In this document: positions 56,160 through 64,000 of the stretch, one piece after another | Position numbering within the stretch: the stretch's first letter is position 1 | How the letters are laid out: every line of letters begins with the position of its first letter | From: Leptospira biflexa | GTDB lineage: Bacteria > Spirochaetota > Leptospiria > Turneriellales > DYLW01 | Length of the DNA stretch: 64,000 nucleotides | NCBI GenBank assembly: GCA_020720785.1 | Contig: DYOA01000005.1 | Span: forward strand, 9,809-73,808 | Direction: 5' to 3' | Program-made: the position numbers and the translations under genes | The notes under the pieces: generated by a model | Databases searched by the model: none | Told to the model about the DNA's origin: nothing | The model's input: the letters and a program-made list of their open reading frames with translations, nothing else

Positions 56160-57686
56160 TCAGGCGTTGATGAATTTCCGGGCATTGATATTCATCAGAA
56201 TTCCCACAGCGATGAAGGTGACAATCAGGTTGGATCCGCCGGAGCTCAGGAATATCAAGGGTATGCCGGTTACCGGAAACAGCCCCATAGTGATCCCAAT
56301 ATTGATCAATATATGAAAAAAGAATAAAAAGGTTATACCTCCGGCCAGAAGGCTCCCAAAATCATCTTTGGATTCAATGGCAATGATGACGCCCCGGATA
56401 ATCAAACCAAAGAATAATAGCAGAGTGACACTCACCCCAAGGAATCCAAACTGCTCCCCAATCACAGAAAATATAAAGTCATTGTTCCATTCCGGAAGGA
56501 AGGGAATCTCCCCTCTGGTCATATCCCCACCGAACAACCCCTTGCCGGCAATCTGGCCGGATCCCATGGCGATGAGGGAGTGCCGTAACTGGTATCCGGC
56601 TCCCTTTTGGAATTTATCCGGATTAGCAAAAGATACAATCCGGGTTACCTGGTGGGGTTTAAATGTAACCATTTTACGAAGCATAAAAGATCCCAGAAAG
56701 GATAGGGATAATATCAGGGTGAATATGGTGACCCCCCGGAGCCAGCGCATACGGGAAAAATAACGCAGGAGCATGGAAATTCCATAGACCACGGAGGAAA
56801 GGGTGATAATGATAACCATGGCCAGGTCATTCATCAGAAAATTTTTCAGATAATTGGGGGATGCGTTATCCAGGGCGGTCACTGTCTGGTAAAAAATTTT
56901 ACGGTTTTCCGGTATGGATACGATTTTGATGGCCCACTTTTTCAGAGCATCCGCACCGTATAAGGGCACTGTGGTTTTATTTTCCAAATAATGCCAGACC
57001 TCAAAATTCAGAATCCGCACGGCATCCGCTATTTTTATATGAGTGTCTTTGACGGCGTTATAAATATCATCCACCATAATATATTTTTGGTACTCCAGAT
57101 ACATGGGAACAAAGAGCGTGAATAGGCCAATGGTCATAAAACCCGCAAGAAGGCTGATATTGGCACCACCAATAAAAAGCATGGAAAATAAAATGGGAAT
57201 GAGTAGAAAGGCGGAACCCAAATCCGGCTGAACTGCAATCAGCACAATGGGGATAAACGATATAATAAATGGAAGCCATAACTCCTTGACATTTTCAATC
57301 TGGGTTTCTTTGAGCACAAGGTATCGAGCCAGGGCAAGCACCAAAGCAAGCTTCACAAACTCCGCCGGTTGGAACCCCAACCCGGCAATGCGGATCCAGC
57401 TCCGGGCTCCTTTAACTTTTGTGCCGATAAACGGCAGCAGGGTGAGCAATAATATTACAATCAAAACACCCAGAATAATAAAAGCATACGAGCCAATAAT
57501 CTGATAATTCAGTTTTTCATAAAATGCGAATAGAAACATCAGACCAATCCCCAGAAGGAGCCAGACTAATTTTCTGATGGCCATCCCGGCGGAATCATCG
57601 CTTCCGCCAAAAATGGTCACTATACCAATAATACTCAGTGCTATGGAAAAAAATAAAAGGTATCCGTCAATTCTGTAGCTTTTCAT
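56160..57686 (-). CDS. rodA: SEDS-family peptidoglycan polymerase RodA (FtsW/RodA/SpoVE), unusually long
   Basis: The signature is GYQLRHSLIAMGSGQIAGKG, with a C-terminal GLFPVTGIPLIFLSSGGS. I placed the start at the Met of MKSYRIDG (57686); the ORF-track extension to 57803 lies inside mrdA. Confidence 0.85.
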   Translation of the reverse strand: MKSYRIDGYLLFFSIALSIIGIVTIFGGSDDSAGMAIRKLVWLLLGIGLMFLFAFYEKLNYQIIGSYAFIILGVLIVILLLTLLPFIGTKVKGARSWIRIAGLGFQPAEFVKLALVLALARYLVLKETQIENVKELWLPFIISFIPIVLIAVQPDLGSAFLLIPILFSMLFIGGANISLLAGFMTIGLFTLFVPMYLEYQKYIMVDDIYNAVKDTHIKIADAVRILNFEVWHYLENKTTVPLYGADALKKWAIKIVSIPENRKIFYQTVTALDNASPNYLKNFLMNDLAMVIIITLSSVVYGISMLLRYFSRMRWLRGVTIFTLILSLSFLGSFMLRKMVTFKPHQVTRIVSFANPDKFQKGAGYQLRHSLIAMGSGQIAGKGLFGGDMTRGEIPFLPEWNNDFIFSVIGEQFGFLGVSVTLLLFFGLIIRGVIIAIESKDDFGSLLAGGITFLFFFHILINIGITMGLFPVTGIPLIFLSSGGSNLIVTFIAVGILMNINARKFINA

Positions 57687-59574
57687 TTTCCTTCTTCCCC
57701 GTTGTCTTTTCCCCCGGCACCGGATTTCCAGTGGTTTTAGCATCCAGTTTTTTCTGCCATGCGTCAAACACCCGCCGGGCAATGGGGGCAGCATAGGAGG
57801 CACCCCACATTCCCTTGTCTATGAAAACCCCCACCACAATGACATCGTCGGAATTTCCCTGGTACGGACCATAACCCACAAACCAAGCATGCTGGGACTG
57901 GTTGTGTTTCCGGGCCGTACTGATGGTCTGGGCGGTACCCGTCTTTCCGGCAATGGCGATTTTGGTGCCGGAGAAGGCGTACCGGGTGGTACCGGAAAGG
58001 GAAACTTGCCGCAGAGCCCGCCGGATTGTATCCAGATTCTGGCGGGCTATGGGGATTTCAAAGGCCACTTCCGGGTTGTTCACCATTTTCACCTCATCAT
58101 TTTCCGCATAACGGATTTCTTTTACCAGATGCGGCTGGTATACAATACCCCCATTGGCGATTGCTGCATAAAAATTCATCAGGCCGATGAGGGTTGTTTC
58201 AATAAAGCCCTGCCCAATACTCAGGTTCACGGTATCCCCGTCAAACCAACGCATGTTATAATTTTTTTCTTTCCAGAGTGGGGATGGCACAAACCCCGGA
58301 ACTTCTCCCGGAACATCAATATTGGTTTTTTCATCCAGATTAAAATACCGGGCATATTTGATCATGGGTTCCGCACCAATTTTATATCCCAATTGGTAAA
58401 AATACACCGAGCAACTCTGAGCAATACCATTAACAAGGTCATTATTACCGTGGACACCGTAACAGTGAAATCTTCTATCCGGATACCCTTTTATGGTGCT
58501 TTTTAATGTCCAATGTCCGGGGCAGGAATAGCTCTGGGTTTCTGTGATTCTGCCTTCTTCCAGAGCAGCCAGAGCCACAATCGGTTTGAACGTGGAGGCG
58601 GGTGCATATTTTGTGGAAATGGCCCGGTTCAGCTCCGCCTTATCAGCTTTCATTTTGAGGACATGTTCCCTTCTTATACCATTATCCGGCATGACCATTA
58701 TGTTGGGATCAAAGGATGGCTTGCTGACCATGGCCAGAACCTCTCCTGTCCGGGCGTGGATAACCAGAACCGCCCCGGTCTTATCCCCAAAGGCATCATA
58801 AGCGGTTTTCTGGATGTCTGCGTCTATGGTGAGGATAAAATTATTGCCCGGAACAAAATTTCTGAGTACTTTTTGCTCTTCAATGTCCCCACGGGCAGTT
58901 TTAATCTGGATGATCTCTCCATCCGTTCCTCTTAATATGGAATCATACTGGTATTCCAGGCCATTTTTTCCCAATAGCTGGTAGCTTTTGATGCCCTGGG
59001 TAATATCTCTAGTGTCCGGTTTGCCCACAAATCCGGTGATATGGGCGGTGGATTCCCCCATGATGTAGTTTCTGCCTATGTTCTGGCGGATAATAAACTT
59101 GGAAAAATTCAGGTAATAGTCCGCTATGATGGTATGTTCCCGTTCGTTTATGTTTTCTATGATGATGATCTCATCGTTGTTCTTTATCTTTTCTCTGGCA
59201 ATTCTTGATGTTAACGACCCTGTTTTATAGCGAAGCAATCGTTCCAGAAGACGGACTTTCTCCTCCAATTCCTTTCCTTTAAAATGGGATGGAATCGCAA
59301 TCAGATTGAGCTGGGTTGTGTTGGATACAATGACCACCGCCCGCTCTCTGCTGATATAATTTCTGTCAAAAAATTCTCCTCGGGGGGCAGGCAAGGGAAC
59401 AACTTTGGTGATGACCCTCTGGGATTTTTCATAGTTAAGATCGCCCTCCATGACCTGTACCTGGAATGCCCGGGCAATGAACGCAAAGAGCACAACGATG
59501 GATAAAAACAGAAAAAAAACTAAACGTCGCTTTAATCTTTGCTCTATCCTTACCTGTTGCGTTGTTTTTGACAT
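57667..59574 (-). CDS. mrdA: Penicillin-binding protein 2 (elongasome transpeptidase)
   Basis: 635 aa with an N-terminal anchor. The active-site motif is STFKP, followed by SCS.. and KTGTAQ. Confidence 0.9.
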   Translation of the reverse strand: MSKTTQQVRIEQRLKRRLVFFLFLSIVVLFAFIARAFQVQVMEGDLNYEKSQRVITKVVPLPAPRGEFFDRNYISRERAVVIVSNTTQLNLIAIPSHFKGKELEEKVRLLERLLRYKTGSLTSRIAREKIKNNDEIIIIENINEREHTIIADYYLNFSKFIIRQNIGRNYIMGESTAHITGFVGKPDTRDITQGIKSYQLLGKNGLEYQYDSILRGTDGEIIQIKTARGDIEEQKVLRNFVPGNNFILTIDADIQKTAYDAFGDKTGAVLVIHARTGEVLAMVSKPSFDPNIMVMPDNGIRREHVLKMKADKAELNRAISTKYAPASTFKPIVALAALEEGRITETQSYSCPGHWTLKSTIKGYPDRRFHCYGVHGNNDLVNGIAQSCSVYFYQLGYKIGAEPMIKYARYFNLDEKTNIDVPGEVPGFVPSPLWKEKNYNMRWFDGDTVNLSIGQGFIETTLIGLMNFYAAIANGGIVYQPHLVKEIRYAENDEVKMVNNPEVAFEIPIARQNLDTIRRALRQVSLSGTTRYAFSGTKIAIAGKTGTAQTISTARKHNQSQHAWFVGYGPYQGNSDDVIVVGVFIDKGMWGASYAAPIARRVFDAWQKKLDAKTTGNPVPGEKTTGKKENEKLQN

Positions 59575-59576
59575 GG

Positions 59577-60101
59577 TTACGTTTTTACCTCGCCAATGGG
59601 CAAAATCCAGCGTAATATCCGGAACCAGACCAGAGCCACAATGGCAGTGTAAAAAGATTCCGGTATTATGATAGTGGCAATGGCCCGGGGGCTCACATTC
59701 ACATGGAATAGCCCAATCACAAACATCAGAATGATATCTTTAATCAGATTGGAAACCAGGATAAGACCAAATAAGACGATCCTGCCATCTCCATGAAAGT
59801 TTTTTGTGATTCTACCCGTAAAATAGCCGATGAGGGTTTTGGGGAGGGCGTGGGTTCCAATATAATAGGAAGTTGCGACAGCACCGGTTTCCACCATTCC
59901 GCCCAGGTTGATGTCCTGCAAAAGCCCACCCAGAAAACCAACCCATAGGCCGGCAAATGGTCCCCGGTAATAAGAAAAGTAAATGGTCAGAATCAAAAGG
60001 AAATCCGCATTGATACTTCCCAGCCGGAAAAAATCCACACTGGTCTGGATAAAATAGGAAATCAGGATAGTGATGAATATAACGGTTTTTTCAAGAATCA
60101 T
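59577..60101 (-). CDS. mreD: Rod shape-determining protein MreD
   Basis: 174 aa polytopic membrane protein located between mreC and mrdA. Confidence 0.7.
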   Translation of the reverse strand: MILEKTVIFITILISYFIQTSVDFFRLGSINADFLLILTIYFSYYRGPFAGLWVGFLGGLLQDINLGGMVETGAVATSYYIGTHALPKTLIGYFTGRITKNFHGDGRIVLFGLILVSNLIKDIILMFVIGLFHVNVSPRAIATIIIPESFYTAIVALVWFRILRWILPIGEVKT

Positions 60102-61015
60102 GGCTCTGGTACACTCTGGGAATTCAGCATTTCAAACTGAAGTTCTTCCGGTTTATATTTTTTTTGTATGATATATACATAATCAAGCTTCTGGAAATCA
60201 ATAGAAGGTTGGATGGATGCCGTCTGGTATGTCCCCAATCGGTTGATCTGGCCGCGCACCTTCCCCACCAGTAACCCTTTGGGAAAAATACCGTCTGTTC
60301 CGGATGTGATAATTTCGTCTTCTTTTTCCAGATAAATACTTAGGCTCAGATAATTTAATAACGGGTACTGGTCATGCGGAGCTCTTCCCATAAGCAGTGT
60401 CCAGTGGCCGCTTTTTTTCAGGGTAACCCCCATACGGGAATACTGGTCAATAATGGGAATAATGCGGGCAGAATGAGCGTTCACCTGAATGACTTTCCCC
60501 ACAACAGCTTCCACCAGCTCCTCCACTTGTGCATCTTTGGATGTGGCCTTCCGGATCTGGGAGGCAATGACCGGCATATACGGTTCCACCCCATCTTTGT
60601 GGCCTTTATTGATAATAATGGTACGGAACCAGTTATCCGGATCCTGAGAAATCACTTCTGCCAGGATCGTGGGATAATTTTCCGGAACCGGGAGCCCCAG
60701 CATTTCCTTCAGGCGAAGATTTTCATTCTGTAGCTGGAATATTTGGAGTTGCTGGTTCTGGGATAGCTGGAGTTTTTTCATCAGAATATCCCTTTCTTTT
60801 TTCACGGCAGAATACTCCGCATAGCTGTCAAAGACCCCGGTTATTCCCGCCCCAATATTATGGAATGTCCCGGTAAAAAAATCCAGAACTTCCACAAACG
60901 AACTCACCGAACGGGCAAACACATTGGACTGCCAGACCAAGGCACTCAACGAAAACAAAATGGTAAATGCCAGCGATAAACCTGATTTGTATCTGGATAA
61001 ATATTCCGCCAGCAT
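60098..61015 (-). CDS. mreC: Rod shape-determining protein MreC
   Basis: It has an N-terminal TM helix, a coiled coil (LQLSQNQQLQIFQLQNENLRLKE) and a beta-rich C-terminus with GIFPKGLLVG. Confidence 0.8.
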   Translation of the reverse strand: MLAEYLSRYKSGLSLAFTILFSLSALVWQSNVFARSVSSFVEVLDFFTGTFHNIGAGITGVFDSYAEYSAVKKERDILMKKLQLSQNQQLQIFQLQNENLRLKEMLGLPVPENYPTILAEVISQDPDNWFRTIIINKGHKDGVEPYMPVIASQIRKATSKDAQVEELVEAVVGKVIQVNAHSARIIPIIDQYSRMGVTLKKSGHWTLLMGRAPHDQYPLLNYLSLSIYLEKEDEIITSGTDGIFPKGLLVGKVRGQINRLGTYQTASIQPSIDFQKLDYVYIIQKKYKPEELQFEMLNSQSVPEP

Positions 61016-61024
61016 TGGCTTTTA

Positions 61025-62047
61025 TTACAGATTGCCTTTGATATATTTGAGCTCTTCCAGATATTTTCCGGTACCGAGGGCAACACAATTCAGAGGATTT
61101 TCTGCTTTAATGACCGGTACTGATGTCTGGTTGCTAAGAAAAGTATCCAGCCCTTTCAGCAAACTCCCGCCGCCAGTCATAACAATTCCTCTTTCCACAA
61201 TATCCGCAGCCAGTTCTGGCGGAGTTCTTTCCAGGGCTCTCATGGTACCTTCCAGAATTGCATCAATGGGTTCCTTGAGGGCTTTCCGGATTTCTGTGTT
61301 ATCTATGGCAAGGGTGCGTGGAAGACCACTGACAGCATCCCGGCCTTTTAATTCAAAGGTTTCTGTTTTTTTATTATCTGTGTATGCATTACCAATGGCC
61401 AGTTTTGCTTCTTCCGCAGTTCTTTCGCCAATGACCAGATTATACTGGGTGCGCATGTATTTTATAATAGCTTCATCGAACTCATCTCCCCCCACCCGGA
61501 TGGAGTCTGCAATCACCATTCCACCCAGGGAGATGACAGCGATTTCAGTGGTACCACCACCGATGTCTATGACCATATTCCCGGCGGGTTCGTGGACGGG
61601 TATGTTGGCCCCAATGGCGGCTGCCATGGCTTCCTCAATCAGAAAAATTTCCCTGGCACCGGCCTGTTCTGCTGATTCTTTCACCGCACGTTTTTCTACT
61701 TCTGTGATGCCGGAGGGTACCCCTATCACAATTCGTGGTTTTACCAGAGTGGTCCGATTGTGCACCTTACCAATAAAATAACGGATCATTTTTTCCACAG
61801 TTTCAAAATCTGCGATCACACCATCTTTCATGGGTCTGATGGCTACAATTTCACCCGGCGTTCTCCCCATCATCCTTTTTGCTTCCTGCCCCACAGCCAG
61901 CACTCTTCCGGTGCTTGCCTGGACAGCAACCACAGACGGCTCCGACAGTACAATCCCCTGGCCTTTTACATATACCAGAGTATTGGCTGTTCCAAGATCA
62001 ATTCCCATGTCATTGGAAAATAGTGAATGTACCCAGTCAAATATCAT
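61025..62047 (-). CDS. mreB: Actin-like rod shape-determining protein MreB
   Basis: Motifs are [27 protein letters not shown] and [10 protein letters not shown]. Confidence 0.95.
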   Translation of the reverse strand: MIFDWVHSLFSNDMGIDLGTANTLVYVKGQGIVLSEPSVVAVQASTGRVLAVGQEAKRMMGRTPGEIVAIRPMKDGVIADFETVEKMIRYFIGKVHNRTTLVKPRIVIGVPSGITEVEKRAVKESAEQAGAREIFLIEEAMAAAIGANIPVHEPAGNMVIDIGGGTTEIAVISLGGMVIADSIRVGGDEFDEAIIKYMRTQYNLVIGERTAEEAKLAIGNAYTDNKKTETFELKGRDAVSGLPRTLAIDNTEIRKALKEPIDAILEGTMRALERTPPELAADIVERGIVMTGGGSLLKGLDTFLSNQTSVPVIKAENPLNCVALGTGKYLEELKYIKGNL

Positions 62048-62297
62048 ATACGCCTCTTACCCCATTTTTGATTATTTCATGGGATGACAAGCTTTATTCT
62101 TTGTATCCGCCAATTATTGGAAAAAAATAAGCAGTGCCACCTATTGTTGGATGAACGTATTATGGCAGTATTCTACTAAAATCCGCCTTCTGGGTGTAGG
62201 AAATCTATCCGGGTTGCATATTTATCAAAAGTATTCTACTTGACTATACCAATCCAATCCGGTTAGCATTCATGGGTAAAAAAAATTTGGAGAGATT

Positions 62298-63218
62298 ATG
62301 AAAAAAATTGATATGTACTTAAAATTAACAACACCATTTGTAGCAATTTTTCTTATGGCCCAGAATGTCTTTGGGGCAGCACCCAAGCCAATTGATACTG
62401 TCCGGGGATGGGGTTATCTGAACGCGACCGCAAAGCTGAGCCCCAACTGGTCTTTTACCGCGATGCCGGGTTACCGCTATGAGTTTACCCGGGAACAGGA
62501 CGGAAAAGAGTTAGCGAACATAGAAAATTTCTACAATGAATTGTTTGTGGGGCCAGCATACCACGCCTCCTTTGGGAAAAATCTGAAATTCAGTCTTCCG
62601 GTTTGGTACTACTACATGGCTTTCCCCAATTACAAGGATGCCAGTAAATATGAGGATGCTCACAACTTGACCATCATTCCGGTTTTCGCATATAAACTGA
62701 AGAATTTTGTTTTTGTGAGCCGTACCATTTTCCACAATACTCTGTATGCCTCCGTGAATAACGATAAGAATGAGGATCCGGCGGGGTACGGTCTGCTACT
62801 CCGGGAGATGATTCTGGTGAATTATATCATCAGTAAACCCTTTCTGGTCTATGCCGGAAGTGAAATCTGGGTGGGGGCCATTGAAAACAAGGATGCCACG
62901 CCACACCCCCTGGGGTATTTTCCTAACGGGCTTGCGAGAAGCAGATACATTGCAGGTTTCAAATGGAAAGCGACAGAATGCCTCACCATCAACCCGGAGT
63001 ATATGTATGAAACCCAGTACGGAGTATATACCAAATTAATACCCACACTAAACAAGTCTGAGCCATGGATTAATTCCCACTATCTGCGGTTGACCGTGGA
63101 GTATGCATTCAAGGCATATTCGGATAAAAAACCGGAAGCCCCCGCAGAACCTAAAGCAGAAACCAAACCCTTGGAGGGGGAACAAACCGCTCCGGCAGAA
63201 AAACCAGCAGAAAACTAA
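62298..63218 (+). CDS. Hypothetical outer-membrane beta-barrel protein with a Pro/Ala/Glu/Lys-rich tail
   Basis: It has a signal peptide (..AQNVFGAAP) and alternating aromatic beta-strand patterns. The C-terminal low-complexity tail is KPEAPAEPKAETKPLEGEQTAPAEKPAEN. Confidence 0.45.
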   Translation: MKKIDMYLKLTTPFVAIFLMAQNVFGAAPKPIDTVRGWGYLNATAKLSPNWSFTAMPGYRYEFTREQDGKELANIENFYNELFVGPAYHASFGKNLKFSLPVWYYYMAFPNYKDASKYEDAHNLTIIPVFAYKLKNFVFVSRTIFHNTLYASVNNDKNEDPAGYGLLLREMILVNYIISKPFLVYAGSEIWVGAIENKDATPHPLGYFPNGLARSRYIAGFKWKATECLTINPEYMYETQYGVYTKLIPTLNKSEPWINSHYLRLTVEYAFKAYSDKKPEAPAEPKAETKPLEGEQTAPAEKPAEN

Positions 63219-63231
63219 TCCTTACTGATTT

Positions 63232-63267
63232 CCATCCTCCCCGGGTTTTATGTCCCGGGGCGGATGG
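63232..63267. terminator. 14-bp-stem inverted repeat between convergent genes (possible bidirectional terminator or transcript-stabilising hairpin)
   Basis: The arms are CCATCCTCCCCGGG and CCCGGGGCGGATGG with loop ttttatgt and one mismatch. There is no clear U-tract on either strand. The right arm overlaps the last codons of the Clp gene. Confidence 0.35.
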
Positions 63268-64000
63268 AAAATTCAACTTCGTTATTGTGCCATCCGGCGT
63301 GAATTTCGCTTCCGGATGCAAGATTCCCCTCCAGCAATTTCACAGAAAGCGGATTCACCAGTCGCTTCTGCATCACACTTTTTAACGGACGGGCTCCATA
63401 GACGGGATTAAATCCCTCCTCCAGAATGACACTCTTTACTTTATTCTCCACGGTAAGCGTTAGTCCGCTTTTCTTCAACCGGGCATTAATCAGCGAAAGC
63501 TGCAGTATAAAAATTTTCTCCAGGGCATCCCTGCCGATGGAATGATACACCACAATCTCATCCAGCCGGTTCAGGAACTCCGGCTTGAAGTGGCGGGAGA
63601 GCTCATTGCGGATGGCAATCTCCCTCTCCTCGTCATCCATCTGGGGATCCTGGATGAGAGACGTTCCAATATTGGAGGTCATAATAAGAATGGTATTTTT
63701 AAAATCCACCTCACGTCCTTTGGAGTCCGTGAGCCGGCCATCCTCCAGAATCTGGAGAAAAATATGGAACACATCCGAATGGGCTTTTTCAATCTCATCA
63801 AACAATACCACGGAGTATGGCTGGCGACGGATTTTCTCCGTGAGCTGGCCCCCTTCCTCATGACCGATGTATCCGGGCGGAGAGCCAATCATCCGGGAGA
63901 TAGCGTGTTTCTCCATATACTCACTCATATCAATGCGGATCATGGCTTTCTCTGTGTTAAACAAAAAATCGGCCAGGGCTTTGGATGTCTCTGTTTTGCC
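63248..64000 (-). CDS. Clp/Hsp100 AAA+ chaperone (ClpB/ClpC-type), C-terminal D2 portion; the 5' end runs off the window
   Basis: Motifs are IRIDMSEYMEKHAISRMIGSPPGYIGHEEGGQLTE, VVLFDEIEKAH, GRLTDSKGREVDFKNTILIMTSN and YGARPLK. The frame stays open to the window edge. Confidence 0.85.
   Translation of the reverse strand, partial: GKTETSKALADFLFNTEKAMIRIDMSEYMEKHAISRMIGSPPGYIGHEEGGQLTEKIRRQPYSVVLFDEIEKAHSDVFHIFLQILEDGRLTDSKGREVDFKNTILIMTSNIGTSLIQDPQMDDEEREIAIRNELSRHFKPEFLNRLDEIVVYHSIGRDALEKIFILQLSLINARLKKSGLTLTVENKVKSVILEEGFNPVYGARPLKSVMQKRLVNPLSVKLLEGNLASGSEIHAGWHNNEVEFSIRPGT

Noticed and set aside
15039-57803. N-terminal extensions suggested by the ORF track for lpxK (to 16205), the lipoprotein (from 21850), the rhodanese-like gene (from 41664), the PhsC-like gene (from 42238), pdxJ (from 53578), cdaA (from 51809) and rodA (to 57803).
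   Set aside because: The extensions overlap the coding sequence of the neighbouring gene and have no family resemblance. Internal Met codons, often preceded by AAGGAGA-like sites or ATGA overlaps, give products that begin where the families normally begin.
2662-61781. Other long antisense or alternative-frame ORFs in the track. These include 2662-3432(-), 9382-10194(+), 12503-13201(-), 13467-14333(-), 27506-28240(+), 32881-33567(-), 43645-44382(+), 46072-46713(-) and 60924-61781(+).
   Set aside because: Each lies inside a gene on the other strand or frame whose product has strong conserved motifs (RND, PyrG, phosphohexomutase, DnaG, HAD, Rieske/cyt b, multihaem cytochrome c, MreB). None shows a motif of its own.
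1-64000. A search by eye for CRISPR arrays, tRNA/rRNA genes, intact IS elements or prophage blocks.
   Set aside because: I noticed no spaced repeat arrays, no GGTTCGAATCC-type tRNA T-arms in the intergenic regions and no integrase, transposase, capsid or terminase-like ORFs. Intergenic regions are short; the longest are about 290 bp. A covariance-model scan (tRNAscan-SE/Infernal) would still be needed to be certain.

Overview
This is a 64-kb chromosomal segment from a diderm (Gram-negative-type) bacterium. GC looks moderate (mid-40s % by eye, not computed). It is densely coding with about 63 protein genes. I found no rRNA, tRNA, CRISPR array, intact IS element or prophage. Most of the window is housekeeping. 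That includes pyrG, rarA, eda and a KDG-type sugar kinase, lpxK/hemH, xseA, ilvBN, purN and purM. It also includes an rpsU-dnaG string continued by an SNF2 ATPase, plus uvrB, tsaD and rlpA. There is a translationally coupled folP-cdaA-ybbR-pdxJ-acpS-ruvB string, the mreBCD-mrdA-rodA cluster and a partial Clp/Hsp100 ATPase. Signalling and accessory genes include a membrane class III nucleotidyl cyclase, a PilZ protein, a REC-GHKL hybrid and a TetR regulator with an RND permease that has no partner genes. The stand-out region is 33.6-46.8 kb. It starts with a short decay zone: an activase-like gene collapsed to 201 codons with in-frame TAG and TGA, an N-terminally truncated Rpn-family nuclease gene, and a 180-bp 62% GC island followed by a very AT-rich stretch. 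This leads into a tightly packed nine-gene plus-strand operon (37750-46758). The operon encodes a Tat-exported PhsA/PsrA-type molybdoenzyme, a 4x[4Fe-4S] subunit and a YeeE/YedE sulfur transporter split into two half-size genes. It also encodes a membrane-anchored rhodanese-like protein whose only cysteine is its last residue, and a PhsC/FdnI-type dihaem cytochrome b. It ends with a Rieske protein, a compact cytochrome b and a membrane-anchored cytochrome c with 12 CxxCH motifs. I regard this combined sulfur (or selenium) reductase, transport and Rieske/cyt b/multihaem module as the best candidate for an undescribed system. All functional calls come from motif recognition by eye. No database search was possible.
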